64,000 bases of DNA from a virus (Duplodnaviria; Caudoviricetes). The notes beneath the pieces were generated by a model, which saw only the letters and a list, made by a program, of their open reading frames with translations, was not told the origin of the DNA and searched no databases. The stretch is taken from IMG/VR virus record IMGVR_UViG_3300025840_004398, one strand, 5' to 3'. The position numbers and the translations under genes are program-made. This document shows positions 16,893 to 28,340 of the stretch, piece after piece (positions within the stretch are counted from its first letter, which is position 1; each line of letters starts with the position of its first letter).

Positions 16893-18908
16893 ATGGCTTT
16901 AAACGCAAGAAATAATACAAGTGGTAGAAATATAAATTATCTTAATAAAGATTTTAATCAATTTAGAGATAATCTTGTTGAATACGCCAAAACGTATTTC
17001 CCACAAACATATACAGATTTTAATGAATCATCACCAGGTATGATGTTTATAGAAATGGCATCTTACTTAGGTGATGTACTTTCTTATTATATAGATGATA
17101 CTTTAAAAGAATCTTTTATAACAACCGCAACTGATAGGGAGAACATAGTGGCCTTATCAAACATAATGGGATATAAACCAAAAGTTACATCACCAGCGAT
17201 TACAACTATTTCTGTATATCAACTGGTACCAAGTAAACTTAAAAGTGGTCAAAATACAGAATACGAACCTGATAGTAGATTTTACTTGAGAATAAAAGAA
17301 GGTATGTTGGTAGAATCAACTGAAAGTGGAGTCACATTTAGGACTTCTGAATTGGTTGATTTTAATGAATCTTATGATAGAGAAATTTCAATTTATCAAA
17401 GAGATGAAAATGGAAAACCTGAATTCTATCTTGTAAAAAAACAGGTTAAAGCTTTGTCTGGTCTTTTAAAAACAGTAGAAGTTACTGCAAACGCTTCTGA
17501 TTCATTTCAAACATTCACTCTTGGTGAAACTAATATAATCAACATTCATGATGTTAGAGATTCAAATGGAAACAAGTGGTATGAAGTTCCTTATCTTGCA
17601 CAAGAATCGGTTTATATAGATTATCCAAATACAGAACAATATGACAAAGACTTATCTCAATTTAAAGATTCTGTTTCAAACATATTAAAAGTATTAAAGA
17701 CTTCAAGAAGATTTGTAAAACAAATAAATCCTGATAATACAACATCAATAGTATTTGGAGGAGGAACCGCTTCTGATGATGAAACTTTAATACCTAATTT
17801 TAAAAATGTTGGTTTGGGATTGAATTCTTCTATTGATAGATTAAATGACTCATTTGACCCATCAAACTTTTTAAAAACAAAATCATATGGTCAATCCCCA
17901 AGTGGAACTATGACAATTTCATATTTAGTTGGTGGTGGGATTGATTCAAATGTATCCAAAGGACAACTTGTTAAAATAGAATCAATTTCTTATGATGATG
18001 ATGACGGTATATTCACACCAAGTGAATTGAGTTTATATAAATTTTGCAAATCCTCGGTTGCAGTAGACAACGAAATTCCAGCAACAGGTGGGAGAGGTCC
18101 TGAAACTATAAATGAGATACGAGAGAATTCATTAGCAATGTTTGGTTCTCAAAATAGAGCGGTAACTCGTAAAGATTATCAAGTAAGAGTACTGTCTTTA
18201 CCTGGAAAATATGGTGGTGTTGCAAAGGCATATTGTGCACCTGATGGGGAGTTGGATAATAATTCTCCTTCCTCAATATTATCAAATCCACAATCCCTAC
18301 AACAATTTTCTGATTTGGTTATTTCTTTAAAAGAAAAAGACTTATCAGAATCACAAATACAAGAAGAAATAAATAAATTTTTAGTTGGTAAAAAATCTAA
18401 CTTAGATGAAAAAAATAACCCATTTGCTATCAATTTATATCTACTTGGATATGATAATAATAACAAATTAACTAATCTAAACAGAGCAGTTAAAGAAAAC
18501 GTAAAAACTTATTTAGGTGAGTATAGACTTTTAACTGATGGACTAAATATTTTAGATGGATTCATAATAAATATTGGAGTTGATTTTGAAATAAGAGTGT
18601 ATAGTGGATATAATAATAGACAAGTAATGACCTCTTGTATAAGAGAAATAAAACAATTTTTTAATATTAATAATTGGGGATTCAATACACCTATAAATTT
18701 ATCTGAATTAGAATTGGTAATTGCTGGAGTTGAGGGAGTACAATCTGTTCCAAAATGTGACGTTACTAATAAATGTGGTGGAAATTATTCAAATGTTAAA
18801 TATAATATTTCAGCGGCAACTAAAAACAAATTAGTTTACCCATCACTTGACCCATCGGTATTTGAATTAAAATTTCCTGATAAGGACATAAAGGGGAGGG
18901 TTGTATAA
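16893..18908 (+). CDS. baseplate wedge protein, T4 gp6/P2 gpJ-like
   Basis: YLNKDFNQFRDNL..YAKTYFP..DFNESSPGMMFIEM; GGRGPETINEIR...QNRAVTRKDY. Confidence 0.85.
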   Translation: MALNARNNTSGRNINYLNKDFNQFRDNLVEYAKTYFPQTYTDFNESSPGMMFIEMASYLGDVLSYYIDDTLKESFITTATDRENIVALSNIMGYKPKVTSPAITTISVYQLVPSKLKSGQNTEYEPDSRFYLRIKEGMLVESTESGVTFRTSELVDFNESYDREISIYQRDENGKPEFYLVKKQVKALSGLLKTVEVTANASDSFQTFTLGETNIINIHDVRDSNGNKWYEVPYLAQESVYIDYPNTEQYDKDLSQFKDSVSNILKVLKTSRRFVKQINPDNTTSIVFGGGTASDDETLIPNFKNVGLGLNSSIDRLNDSFDPSNFLKTKSYGQSPSGTMTISYLVGGGIDSNVSKGQLVKIESISYDDDDGIFTPSELSLYKFCKSSVAVDNEIPATGGRGPETINEIRENSLAMFGSQNRAVTRKDYQVRVLSLPGKYGGVAKAYCAPDGELDNNSPSSILSNPQSLQQFSDLVISLKEKDLSESQIQEEINKFLVGKKSNLDEKNNPFAINLYLLGYDNNNKLTNLNRAVKENVKTYLGEYRLLTDGLNILDGFIINIGVDFEIRVYSGYNNRQVMTSCIREIKQFFNINNWGFNTPINLSELELVIAGVEGVQSVPKCDVTNKCGGNYSNVKYNISAATKNKLVYPSLDPSVFELKFPDKDIKGRVV

Positions 18909-19966
18909 TGTATCACTTTGTAACAGCATCCAAAGATGCAACGATTTACTTACAACAACCAACTCAGAATACTGGCTTGGATGAAATCTTAGAAGTTTCT
19001 AAAACTTATTATGGAAACTTAAAAGATGTTGCTCATTCACTTATTAAATTTGATACAACTCAATTATCAACTTTAATTACAAGTGGTGAGGTAACCATGT
19101 CATCTGCCGAATTAATCCTTCGAGAGTGTGAATCAAGTGAAATTCCGTTGGATTATACAATTTATGCATATCAAGTTTCTCAATCATGGGATATGGGAAT
19201 TGGAACTCGCTTTGATGATATTACAACAGATGGAGTTTCTTGGAATAAAAGAACAACAACTGACAATTGGTTGGGTAATGATTTCGCCGAAGGAACTTCT
19301 GGTTCATTCAATGGTAAGGGTGGTGTTTGGTACACTGGTTCGGTTGCAACACAATCATTCTCATACGAAACATCTGATATTGAAATGGATGTATTAGAAC
19401 CAATGAATACTTGGTTAAGTGGTTCAATTCCAAATGAAGGTTGGATTTTAAAACACGATTCTGCAGTAGAAAATGATACAGATGATTATGGTCAATTAAA
19501 ATTCTTTTCAAAAGAAACAAATACTATTTACCAACCTAAATTAAGAATTGGTTGGGATGATTCTTCGTTCTCTACTGGCTCTTTAACAGAACTTACCGCT
19601 GATGATATTCATGTAACATTCAAAAGATTAAAGACCAGATACAAGCGTGGAAGTAAACCTGAAATCAGAGTTTTCGGTAGAGAGAAGTATCCTCTCAAAA
19701 CATACACCAATCAATACTCTTACACAGATGTAAAATATTTACCATCATCTACTTATTACCAAATAAAAGATATAGTAACAGAAGATGTGATTGTACCGTT
19801 TGGAGATTATACAAAAGTTTCGTGTGATTCAAATGGTAACTTCTTTAAACTCGATTTAACAAATTGGGAATATCAACGAGATTATTATATTGAAATTAAA
19901 GTAGATAGAAATGGTGTAATCGAATATTTCGAAGATAAGGATTTAACTTTCACAATAGAGAAATAA
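18908..19966 (+). CDS. virion protein with DNRLRE/CBM96-like beta-sandwich
   Basis: SKDATIY..LEV..SLIKFD..SAELIL..VSQSWD pattern; located in the baseplate operon. Confidence 0.5.
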   Translation: MYHFVTASKDATIYLQQPTQNTGLDEILEVSKTYYGNLKDVAHSLIKFDTTQLSTLITSGEVTMSSAELILRECESSEIPLDYTIYAYQVSQSWDMGIGTRFDDITTDGVSWNKRTTTDNWLGNDFAEGTSGSFNGKGGVWYTGSVATQSFSYETSDIEMDVLEPMNTWLSGSIPNEGWILKHDSAVENDTDDYGQLKFFSKETNTIYQPKLRIGWDDSSFSTGSLTELTADDIHVTFKRLKTRYKRGSKPEIRVFGREKYPLKTYTNQYSYTDVKYLPSSTYYQIKDIVTEDVIVPFGDYTKVSCDSNGNFFKLDLTNWEYQRDYYIEIKVDRNGVIEYFEDKDLTFTIEK

Positions 19967-19969
19967 TAA

Positions 19970-21148
19970 ATGGCAATTGATAATCAATTTAGAATTAATG
20001 AACTCATAAGTAGTGGTTCCGGAGCTATCGTATCAAAAGATAGTATCACTGGAAATCATACCTTTGTGCAAGGTTCTAAAACAATTGTTCTTGGAAAATC
20101 AGAAGGTGGACAAGCTCCATATACACACTTAAAAGGTGAAAGAGATGGGGAGCAGACTGGTAGAATTGAAAAACCAAAATATAACGAAGAAGAGTTAATA
20201 AAGGCAGTTGATACTAAAGTTGATGAATTAATTGGACCTCCAAAGAAACCACAACCTGATGTAGTTCCAAGACCTGTATATGAAGATTTAAGAAGATTAT
20301 ACAACGAAGCCTTAGCTGAAATATCAAGATTAGAAAACTTAGTTAGTGAATTAGAATCAAGAATTGCACAGCTTGAAGCTGAGAATGAGGCTCTTAAAAT
20401 AGAAAACGATTCATTACAATTAAGAACCTCAACTGCGGAAAATGAGGCACAGTCTGCTAATCAAAGATATGGAGATTTATTAAAAGATTTTTCAAACGCT
20501 ATTGTAAAAGGAACACGAGATGCAATAGAAAGGGTATCATTAAAAGCACAAGTAGAAGGTTTAAGAGCACAGAAAGAAACTCTAAGAGAACAATTAAAAT
20601 CTCTTAACCTGATAATTGGTCAGTTACAAGCACAAGTAGAAGCCGAACAAGTTAGACAAGCTGCATCTGAAGCCCTTGAAGGTGTAGTTGGAACATATGA
20701 GCAAAAAACAAATACAGGTTGGAAACTACCTCAGTCTGAAATTAAAAAACAAGATAAACAACTTTATCTTGAAATATGGACTAGAAATAATAAGAATGAT
20801 ATTAGAGTTGTTCAAGGAACCGCTATTAACGTTTATAACTTCAATGAAGAAGAACCACAGACGTTTACTGCGTCAAGTAATGTTTCATGGTTAAGAGTTG
20901 GAGGACCAATTACAGTTCAGCCACGAGAAGGAAATGAAGCTGGTAAAGGTTATATAGGAGTTCAATGGTCAAAAGGACCAAGAACGTCTAAGAGAAAACA
21001 AGAAATACCTGGTACAGTTACAATAACCGCTTCTCCAAGTGGAGAACAACACACTATATCAGCTATTATGTTTAAAGAGGTACAAAGATTAAATAAAGAT
21101 TTTACACAAGGTAGTACACGAAGTGCTGCTGGTTCGGAGAAAAGTTAA
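19970..21148 (+). CDS. coiled-coil virion protein with C-terminal BACON/Ig-like domain
   Basis: Long heptad region, then FTASSNVSWLRV...GTVTITAS. Confidence 0.55.
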   Translation: MAIDNQFRINELISSGSGAIVSKDSITGNHTFVQGSKTIVLGKSEGGQAPYTHLKGERDGEQTGRIEKPKYNEEELIKAVDTKVDELIGPPKKPQPDVVPRPVYEDLRRLYNEALAEISRLENLVSELESRIAQLEAENEALKIENDSLQLRTSTAENEAQSANQRYGDLLKDFSNAIVKGTRDAIERVSLKAQVEGLRAQKETLREQLKSLNLIIGQLQAQVEAEQVRQAASEALEGVVGTYEQKTNTGWKLPQSEIKKQDKQLYLEIWTRNNKNDIRVVQGTAINVYNFNEEEPQTFTASSNVSWLRVGGPITVQPREGNEAGKGYIGVQWSKGPRTSKRKQEIPGTVTITASPSGEQHTISAIMFKEVQRLNKDFTQGSTRSAAGSEKS

Positions 21149-21151
21149 TAG

Positions 21152-22720
21152 ATGGCAATTAGTAATTTTAAAAATATAGAAAATACCAAAGGATATTTTG
21201 TCAATGATAGTGATAGAAAAATCTTTGAGAGAGAAGTCTCCAAGGGTTATTTTGGTATGAATATAGGAGATATTATTGAGTTTGTCATATATGATTCAAA
21301 TGATAACATATTACCTCAAGAATCAAGTGGTGGTAAATATGTAAGGTACATAGAATACAACGATGATTCTGAAAAGAAATACTTTGGTAAAGTTCAAAAA
21401 AATAAAACAACATTAAAATCAAACGATTCCGATGAGTTCTTTATTGATACTGAAAAACTAATTACGGAAGCTGGATATAAGAATGGTGTTTTCAAGACTC
21501 AAATATCTCTCTTAAATAGAAGGCTCGGTTCTGAAGATAGAGAGAATGATAAAGTGTGGATACATGAAATTGCTCCCTCTAGAACTGAAATAAGAGTATT
21601 GCCAACAATTGATGATAAAACTGGTAAACCGAATTCTGATTTGGAAGAAAGATATAATTGTTTTATAAATGAAAAAACATTTTACTCAGATTTATCTCCT
21701 TTTATCGATTCTTTTGTTGAACAATTTGATGTAGAAAAGGTTATACGAGATTTTTTAATTTCTAAGGGGGATGTTAAATCTGGACAATCTTACATTAGTT
21801 TAATTAGAGATGAATTTAAAATAGAAAGTTTTGATTTGTTAATTCAACAAATAAGGGATAGATTTATAAAATCTGTTAATTATTATAAACAAAATAGAGA
21901 TTCTAATATTTTATCTAATAACTACGGCCAACCATTAGGAAATACAAAAGGTATTTGTACTGATGTAAATAATATTCTATATGATATTATTAATATAGTA
22001 GGTAATTGTGTTGAATATTCATTGCCAAAAAGAAATGTTCGTTCTGAAAATTCTTTAACCATAGAACAACAAGAAAGTTTAGATAAGGTAAATGATATAT
22101 TAAAAACAGTAACAAGTAATTCCAAATATACATCTACAATACCATCCTCAGTATCCGCTAAAATAGTTGGATGTAAGAACCCATCGGCATCAAATTATAA
22201 TCCTGATGCAGATATACATGATGAGGGATTGTGTGTTTTTATTGAAAAACCACAACCTAAACCACAACCTAAACCACAACCTAAATTACAACCCAAACCA
22301 CGACCTAAACCAGTGGTAATACCACCAAAACCAAAACCTAAACCAGTGGTAATACCAAAACCAAAGGTTGACCCTGATTTCATATTAAATGATTCGGTTG
22401 AGTTTACAAGAGAGGTATTGTCAGAACCAGGTGGTTTAGATAGAACGGGATTGAGAGAAAGATATGATACTGGTGATTATGGACCATTAGCTGCTATTTT
22501 AGAGGAACAGTCAACTCCGATAGTAACTTATACACCACCGGTAGTAAACACACCAATATCAGTTGGTTCTAGATTTTTAAATCCAATTAGTGATACTACA
22601 ACAGTAAGTGGTAGAGCTACCGCCTTGAATAGTGGTCGAAGTCCTTTGACTGAAGAACCGAATTTGTTTAATGAAAGAATAGTTACATCCCAAAAAAGAT
22701 TTTTAAAAGATAGATTTTAA
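21152..22720 (+). CDS. virion protein with a GCxxPxAxNY motif and Pro/Lys linker
   Basis: GCKNPSASNYNPDADIHDEGLC followed by (KPQP)n. Confidence 0.6.
   Translation: MAISNFKNIENTKGYFVNDSDRKIFEREVSKGYFGMNIGDIIEFVIYDSNDNILPQESSGGKYVRYIEYNDDSEKKYFGKVQKNKTTLKSNDSDEFFIDTEKLITEAGYKNGVFKTQISLLNRRLGSEDRENDKVWIHEIAPSRTEIRVLPTIDDKTGKPNSDLEERYNCFINEKTFYSDLSPFIDSFVEQFDVEKVIRDFLISKGDVKSGQSYISLIRDEFKIESFDLLIQQIRDRFIKSVNYYKQNRDSNILSNNYGQPLGNTKGICTDVNNILYDIINIVGNCVEYSLPKRNVRSENSLTIEQQESLDKVNDILKTVTSNSKYTSTIPSSVSAKIVGCKNPSASNYNPDADIHDEGLCVFIEKPQPKPQPKPQPKLQPKPRPKPVVIPPKPKPKPVVIPKPKVDPDFILNDSVEFTREVLSEPGGLDRTGLRERYDTGDYGPLAAILEEQSTPIVTYTPPVVNTPISVGSRFLNPISDTTTVSGRATALNSGRSPLTEEPNLFNERIVTSQKRFLKDRF
22247..22366 (+). 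repeat. coding tandem repeat (AAACCACAACCT)n giving KPQP/KPVVIP
   Basis: Three exact 12-nt units at 22247-22282, two degenerate units, then two AAACCAGTGGTAATACCA copies. Confidence 0.9.
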
Positions 22721-22733
22721 ATAGGAATAAAAA

Positions 22734-25700
22734 ATGGCAGCACCAAACCGCAGGGGTAATTTTAATGGAGAAAAAGTAGGAGAATGGACCTGGTCAGATG
22801 TGACCGGTACATGGCTCAACCTTGGTGGTATTGCTAATCTTGGTAGTAATATCAGTATTACAAATCCATATAGCGAGGCATTTGAAAAACTATCATATAA
22901 TTTAGAAAGAAGTAATATTGCTGTTGATGTTGCAACTTCTCTTAGAGAACAAATGGGCGATTTAAGTGGAGTTGGTAGAGGAATACAAAACCTACAAGCA
23001 ATATATGGTGGAGGTACAACAAACGCCATTTCCATTATTTCTAAACCATATGATATAAAAGTAAATGTTCTCATAAGGAGAAGTCTTTTTAGGGGAGACG
23101 TTCATATTAATGGTTCTTTAAATAATAATACTACTAAAATATATAATGTCAAGGAGCTTTCTAGTACTCTAACATATGATATAAGGGAGAGTGGTAAAAA
23201 AACAAAAGAATCTTATAAAGTATATAGTAGACAAGTTAGTAACATAGGTGGATATCCTACTACCAAATGGGTGGTTTATGTTGATAAGTATATTAATGGT
23301 GTATTCAATTCTAAAAAAACATATGATAAAGATGGTGATTTGGTTATTTTAGAATTTGATACTTCTATTTGGGATACTCCTCCTGTAACCAAAGCCTCAC
23401 CTGTAATTAGTGATGTTAACGATACTTTGGAAACAATTTTAGAACCAACTACAAGTGAACCAATTATAAGAAGAGCTTCAGGTGCAACTGTAAAATTATC
23501 AAGACCATCTATATCAGTATCACCATCATCAACCTCTTATAATTTAAATGATAGTGGTGTTAATATTAGTTGGAATACTACAAACGCAAAATCAGTAAAT
23601 TTCACTTTAGGAAAAGTTAAAAGAACTTTAGGTACTCGTGGTTCATTAACGTTAAGACCTTCCGATTTTCCAAACGGAGCGGGTCAATATACTGCGTATT
23701 TACAACCAGTTGGAGATGGTGGTAGTGGTGATGTGGGTAAGGTTGTTCTAAATGTATTACAAAAAACCACACTTCCTGGTCCTGACATTACCCATATTAC
23801 TTATCCTCAGAATATTATTGGTAAAGATTTCCAAGGGTATGATGTTGATTTTAGAATAGACTGGGCTTCTGTTAATACTGATTGGGTAGATGTTTATGTT
23901 GGTAAAAAATCAAATTCCAATGGATTGGCTTCTAAAAAATCCCCACAGGGTTCTTTGACATTAAACATATCAGATGTTCTTAAAAAAGCAGAAGATAGAT
24001 TATCGGAAGATACTGATGTTGTACAATTTAAATTAATTTTAATTCCATATAACGACCAAGGTGACCAAACAGTAAGTGGTAAGGAAGAAGAAATTTTAAT
24101 TAATTTTGATAAAGGTAATCTTAAACTTCGTAGAGGAGATGTTGTAAGAGATATTAGGGAATCAATTAAGAAACAATTTAATACCGATATTCTAAAAAAT
24201 CAATCTTCAAAATATCTAACTCACATATTACACATAGGAGATGCGGATAATAAGTTAATATCTACATGGGGAATTGATAAAGAAACTTTTTCTGAATATA
24301 GAGTTGTTGATGAGATGACGGGTAGAGAAGAAAAAGTAAAAGAAGTAAAAACTCTTGTACTAAAACTTTATGAACCATTACCAAAAGATATACAACCAAA
24401 CCAACAAGTTTGGATTTCTAAAATAGAATCAATACCAATTATTGAACAAATAACAGTAATTGACGAGGGGGGTGACGATTGTATTGTATTACAACCAAAT
24501 TTAAATGATAAATTTGTTGATAATGTTGGTTTACAAATTTACGATGATTTAATATCAAGTGGTTCTGCAACCTCAACTAATATTATTAATGAAATAGTTA
24601 GTTCTTCTGGTTTTAATTTAGATAAATTAGACATACAGTTTGTTTCTGAATCTGTTTCATTAGTTGGTTCAGAAGAAACAGGATATGTTTACCAAAAATC
24701 GGGTGAAACTTATGCATGGAATAATTTTGTAAAATATTCATCTGCATCGGAAAGGGTACAAAACTTTTGGTATAAATTAGAACTTATTGAGTTTTATGAT
24801 AATAAATTAGAATTGATTACATCTGGTTCTGATTTCACATCTTCTATATCTTTATTAAACGAAAAAAATAGAATAGAACGAAAGAAAAATGAAGTAACAC
24901 TTGGTTTTGATGCATTTGAAAAATGGTTGTACACAAGTTCATCTGTTGATGGTCTTACATATCCAGGTGCAGGTCAGATAACACTATCATCTTCTACGGA
25001 TTCTGATTCTACCGCTTGGTATGAGGGGATTTACAGTTCTGCTCAAAATTATGATAAATACAACACATCAAGACTAGTAAATAACTTACCATCTCATGTT
25101 CAAAACGAAGATGTTGGTCAAGAGTTTGTTCTGTTCTTTGACATGATAGGTCAGCATTTTGATATTCTTTGGTTATATACTAAAGAATTTTCTAAAAGCA
25201 AAAAAATTGAACATAAACAAAAATTTGGAATTAAAGATGAGTTTATATACCAAATGTTAGAATCTCTTGGTTGGGATGCTGATTTAGGTGTTCAATCACA
25301 GGCCTTGTGGGAATATGCTTTTGGTAAATCGAGTGATTCTTCGGTAGAAAGATTAACAAGTGGAAAAGATAGACAAAATCAGGTTTGGAGAAGAATTCTA
25401 AATAACTTACCATACCTTTTAAAACACAAGGGTACAAAAAGAGCACTTCATGCTTTAATGTCTTGTTATGGTGTTCCTGCTTCATTACTAACGGTAATGG
25501 AGTTCGGTGGACCAAAAGACGTTACTCAATCCGGTACAAGTAATTTCACTTATGAGGATAGAACTGCATCTATTAATATAAGTGGGTCTGCTTCCATAAC
25601 GATACCTTGGAAAACACATACATCGGATTATCCAAACTCTGTTGAAATAAGATTAAATACTCAAGAAAGACAAGACCAACAAATAATTAGTGGTTCTAAT

Positions 25701-27626
25701 TGGTCATTAGATGTTTTAAAGGATACCGGCTCATTGGCTACGTTCCAACTAACTGTTGGTTCTGTTTCCTCTTCAACTCAACCAATACCATTCTTCAATG
25801 ATGAGTACACTCAAATTGTTGTAAATAGAGTAACTGGTAGTAGTGGTGATGAATTTACTCTTTATGCAAAAGAGGCATTCCAAGAAAGAATTAGAAACGA
25901 GGTATCAACTACATTATCCGCAACAACAAAAGCGTGGACAAGTGGTAGTGAAATTAAAATTGGTGGAAGTACATTTAATGGTTCGGTTGATGAATTTCGT
26001 TTATGGAAAATTCCATTAGATGAGGTAAATATTGACAACCATACTTTGTTACCTGATGCTATTGATGGTACATCCCCTTCCGCGTCAACCGAAGATTTAA
26101 TTTTAAGACATGACTTCGAATATCCAAAAAACAGAAATACTGATACTGAAATTAAAAACGTATCAATAACAAGAACATATAGTACTGGTTCAATTGCAAG
26201 TGGATTTGATAGTGTTGCTATGTATCCATATCAATATACTCCATATGATAGAACAGTAACCGCAAAAGTTCCTTCAAGTGGATTTAATCTTAATAACAAA
26301 TTAAGATTTGAGTCTCAATATGAATTGGGAGAAACAAATGTATTATCGGCTACATCAAGTATTGATTTATCATATCGTTCTCGTTCAACCAAAAAGTCAT
26401 TTGATAAATCACCAATTGATTCTGATAAATTAGGATTATTTTTCTCTCCAATTAAAGAGATTAATATGGATATCCTAAAATCAGTAGGTCCTTTAAATAT
26501 TGATGATTACATAGGAGACCCATCTGACAATTATAATGATACATATTCTTCATTGGAAACATTTAGAAATTATTATTTCGAAAGATTTAATTTAAATTTC
26601 AATGAATATGTTCAGTTAGTTCGTTATATAGAACGAGGGTTGTTTGACCAACTCGAATCCCTTGTACCAGCAAGAGCTAAAGTTGCAAAAGGTTTACTTT
26701 TTGAACCACATATCTTAGAGAGAAGTAAAACTAAATGGACAAAACCAACAGGTGATGAAAATTACCATGAAACTGTTATTAACACTACTGAAGATACAAT
26801 AGTAACATCAGACAATCCACAATACTTAGCTTTAGTATCTGCTTCTGAAGATACTAAACTTAATGTAGATACTCCATTCTATGATGGACACATTAGTGAA
26901 TCGGATGATACGAGAGTTTCTACTGAAATTTTAAACTATGATGGAACATACTCATCTTTTGATGATACTTCTTTAAGTGGAGTAATTACAAGAAATAGTG
27001 GCTCTACTATGGGAGGATTTGAGATATTTATAGATGCCAAACTAACTGGCTCTGCAAATGCATTCTATGACTCAACTACATTCCAACAAGTAGGTGGATT
27101 CGGTCCTGAAGATTTAGCCGTGGCTGGATTTGGTTTATATGGTAGTGGTTCTCATGCTATTAGAACACGATTTGATTTATATGGGAATATAGTTAAAGAT
27201 AGAATTAAAGTTTTTAAAGTAAAAGAATCTTATACTGAATACGAAAGACAACAAGTTAGTGGTTGGCCTAAAACAACTGGTTCGAATGACCAAGTTGCTT
27301 ATGATGTTGTTGGAGTAGAAAAATATAGAACAAAAGTTACTATACTACCATTTTTAGATTCAAATGGTTCTGAATCAACTGATATTACATCAGGTGGTAA
27401 TATTGTAGAAGTTACACCTTTAAACGGAACATTTTCAACTCATTATAGAATAGTAGAAGATTTAACAAGTGGATTAGAAAATTCATTCTTTAATGGTTCA
27501 AAACAAACAAGCGGAACTACCTTAGATGGTGGTTCACCTGTACAAACATTTACTACTAATCCTAACACACTTAGAGTTAATGATAGTGGTAGAGGTAGTG
27601 GTGAACCAATTTTAGAGGTAGATTAA
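22734..27626 (+). CDS. large baseplate protein (gp7/P2 gpI-like core) with Ig-like and LamG-like domains
   Basis: WRRILNNLPYLLKHKGTKRAL (gpI-type KGT motif); LamG-like FNGSVDEFRLW; Ig-like SISVSPS..ISWNTTNAKSV. Confidence 0.6.
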   Translation: MAAPNRRGNFNGEKVGEWTWSDVTGTWLNLGGIANLGSNISITNPYSEAFEKLSYNLERSNIAVDVATSLREQMGDLSGVGRGIQNLQAIYGGGTTNAISIISKPYDIKVNVLIRRSLFRGDVHINGSLNNNTTKIYNVKELSSTLTYDIRESGKKTKESYKVYSRQVSNIGGYPTTKWVVYVDKYINGVFNSKKTYDKDGDLVILEFDTSIWDTPPVTKASPVISDVNDTLETILEPTTSEPIIRRASGATVKLSRPSISVSPSSTSYNLNDSGVNISWNTTNAKSVNFTLGKVKRTLGTRGSLTLRPSDFPNGAGQYTAYLQPVGDGGSGDVGKVVLNVLQKTTLPGPDITHITYPQNIIGKDFQGYDVDFRIDWASVNTDWVDVYVGKKSNSNGLASKKSPQGSLTLNISDVLKKAEDRLSEDTDVVQFKLILIPYNDQGDQTVSGKEEEILINFDKGNLKLRRGDVVRDIRESIKKQFNTDILKNQSSKYLTHILHIGDADNKLISTWGIDKETFSEYRVVDEMTGREEKVKEVKTLVLKLYEPLPKDIQPNQQVWISKIESIPIIEQITVIDEGGDDCIVLQPNLNDKFVDNVGLQIYDDLISSGSATSTNIINEIVSSSGFNLDKLDIQFVSESVSLVGSEETGYVYQKSGETYAWNNFVKYSSASERVQNFWYKLELIEFYDNKLELITSGSDFTSSISLLNEKNRIERKKNEVTLGFDAFEKWLYTSSSVDGLTYPGAGQITLSSSTDSDSTAWYEGIYSSAQNYDKYNTSRLVNNLPSHVQNEDVGQEFVLFFDMIGQHFDILWLYTKEFSKSKKIEHKQKFGIKDEFIYQMLESLGWDADLGVQSQALWEYAFGKSSDSSVERLTSGKDRQNQVWRRILNNLPYLLKHKGTKRALHALMSCYGVPASLLTVMEFGGPKDVTQSGTSNFTYEDRTASINISGSASITIPWKTHTSDYPNSVEIRLNTQERQDQQIISGSNWSLDVLKDTGSLATFQLTVGSVSSSTQPIPFFNDEYTQIVVNRVTGSSGDEFTLYAKEAFQERIRNEVSTTLSATTKAWTSGSEIKIGGSTFNGSVDEFRLWKIPLDEVNIDNHTLLPDAIDGTSPSASTEDLILRHDFEYPKNRNTDTEIKNVSITRTYSTGSIASGFDSVAMYPYQYTPYDRTVTAKVPSSGFNLNNKLRFESQYELGETNVLSATSSIDLSYRSRSTKKSFDKSPIDSDKLGLFFSPIKEINMDILKSVGPLNIDDYIGDPSDNYNDTYSSLETFRNYYFERFNLNFNEYVQLVRYIERGLFDQLESLVPARAKVAKGLLFEPHILERSKTKWTKPTGDENYHETVINTTEDTIVTSDNPQYLALVSASEDTKLNVDTPFYDGHISESDDTRVSTEILNYDGTYSSFDDTSLSGVITRNSGSTMGGFEIFIDAKLTGSANAFYDSTTFQQVGGFGPEDLAVAGFGLYGSGSHAIRTRFDLYGNIVKDRIKVFKVKESYTEYERQQVSGWPKTTGSNDQVAYDVVGVEKYRTKVTILPFLDSNGSESTDITSGGNIVEVTPLNGTFSTHYRIVEDLTSGLENSFFNGSKQTSGTTLDGGSPVQTFTTNPNTLRVNDSGRGSGEPILEVD

Positions 27627-27658
27627 TAAAAGAAAATAATTAAAAATTATAAATGTTA

Positions 27659-27666
27659 TATTTATA
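27659..27666 (+). promoter_or_regulatory. TATTTATA candidate late promoter
   Basis: 33 nt before ATG 27692. Confidence 0.6.
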
Positions 27667-27691
27667 TATTGAATAACAAGAGGAATAAATT

Positions 27692-28321
27692 ATGGCTTAT
27701 TTAGATAATTCAACAATTACCGTAGATGCAATTCTTACTAAAAAGGGTAGAGAAAAACTTGCAGCCGGTCAAGGTTTAAACATTACAAAGTTTGCTTTGG
27801 GTGATGATGAGGTAGATTACACTCTATACGAACCAGCACATCCAAAAGGTTCTGCATATTATGATGCAGCAATTAGAGCAATCCCAATCACAGAAGCTTC
27901 ACCAGATGAAACTCAAGTATTAAAATACAAATTGGTAACTTTACCAAAAGGAACAAAGAAGATTCCAAAAGTAGAATTTGGTGTTCCGAATATTTCGGTG
28001 AACCAAACTTCAGGTCAAGTTGCTTTATCACCAACTACATCCCCAAGTGGAAATTCACAAGCAGGATATACAGTAGTTCTTTCAAACAAAAACGCTGGTT
28101 CTGTAATTGGTGAAGGAGCGGGAGCTGGAAGTGGAACTGTACCAGTATTCTTAGGAGATGAAATTACAACAACTGCAGCAGTAGAAACGGGTCTTACATT
28201 TACATTTATTCCTAACCCAAATATTACTACTACTATTAAGACAACATTGACTGTATATGGTAACGAAACAGGTGGTTCACAAACTATTCCTGTTACGGTA
28301 ACCTATGTACAACCAACATAA
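27692..28321 (+). CDS. virion protein resembling the N-terminal half of the tail-collar/fibre-attachment (DUF3751-like) domain
   Basis: ILTKKGREKLAAGQGLNITKFALGDD. Confidence 0.5.
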   Translation: MAYLDNSTITVDAILTKKGREKLAAGQGLNITKFALGDDEVDYTLYEPAHPKGSAYYDAAIRAIPITEASPDETQVLKYKLVTLPKGTKKIPKVEFGVPNISVNQTSGQVALSPTTSPSGNSQAGYTVVLSNKNAGSVIGEGAGAGSGTVPVFLGDEITTTAAVETGLTFTFIPNPNITTTIKTTLTVYGNETGGSQTIPVTVTYVQPT

Positions 28322-28340
28322 TAAAGAGGAACAATAAAAG

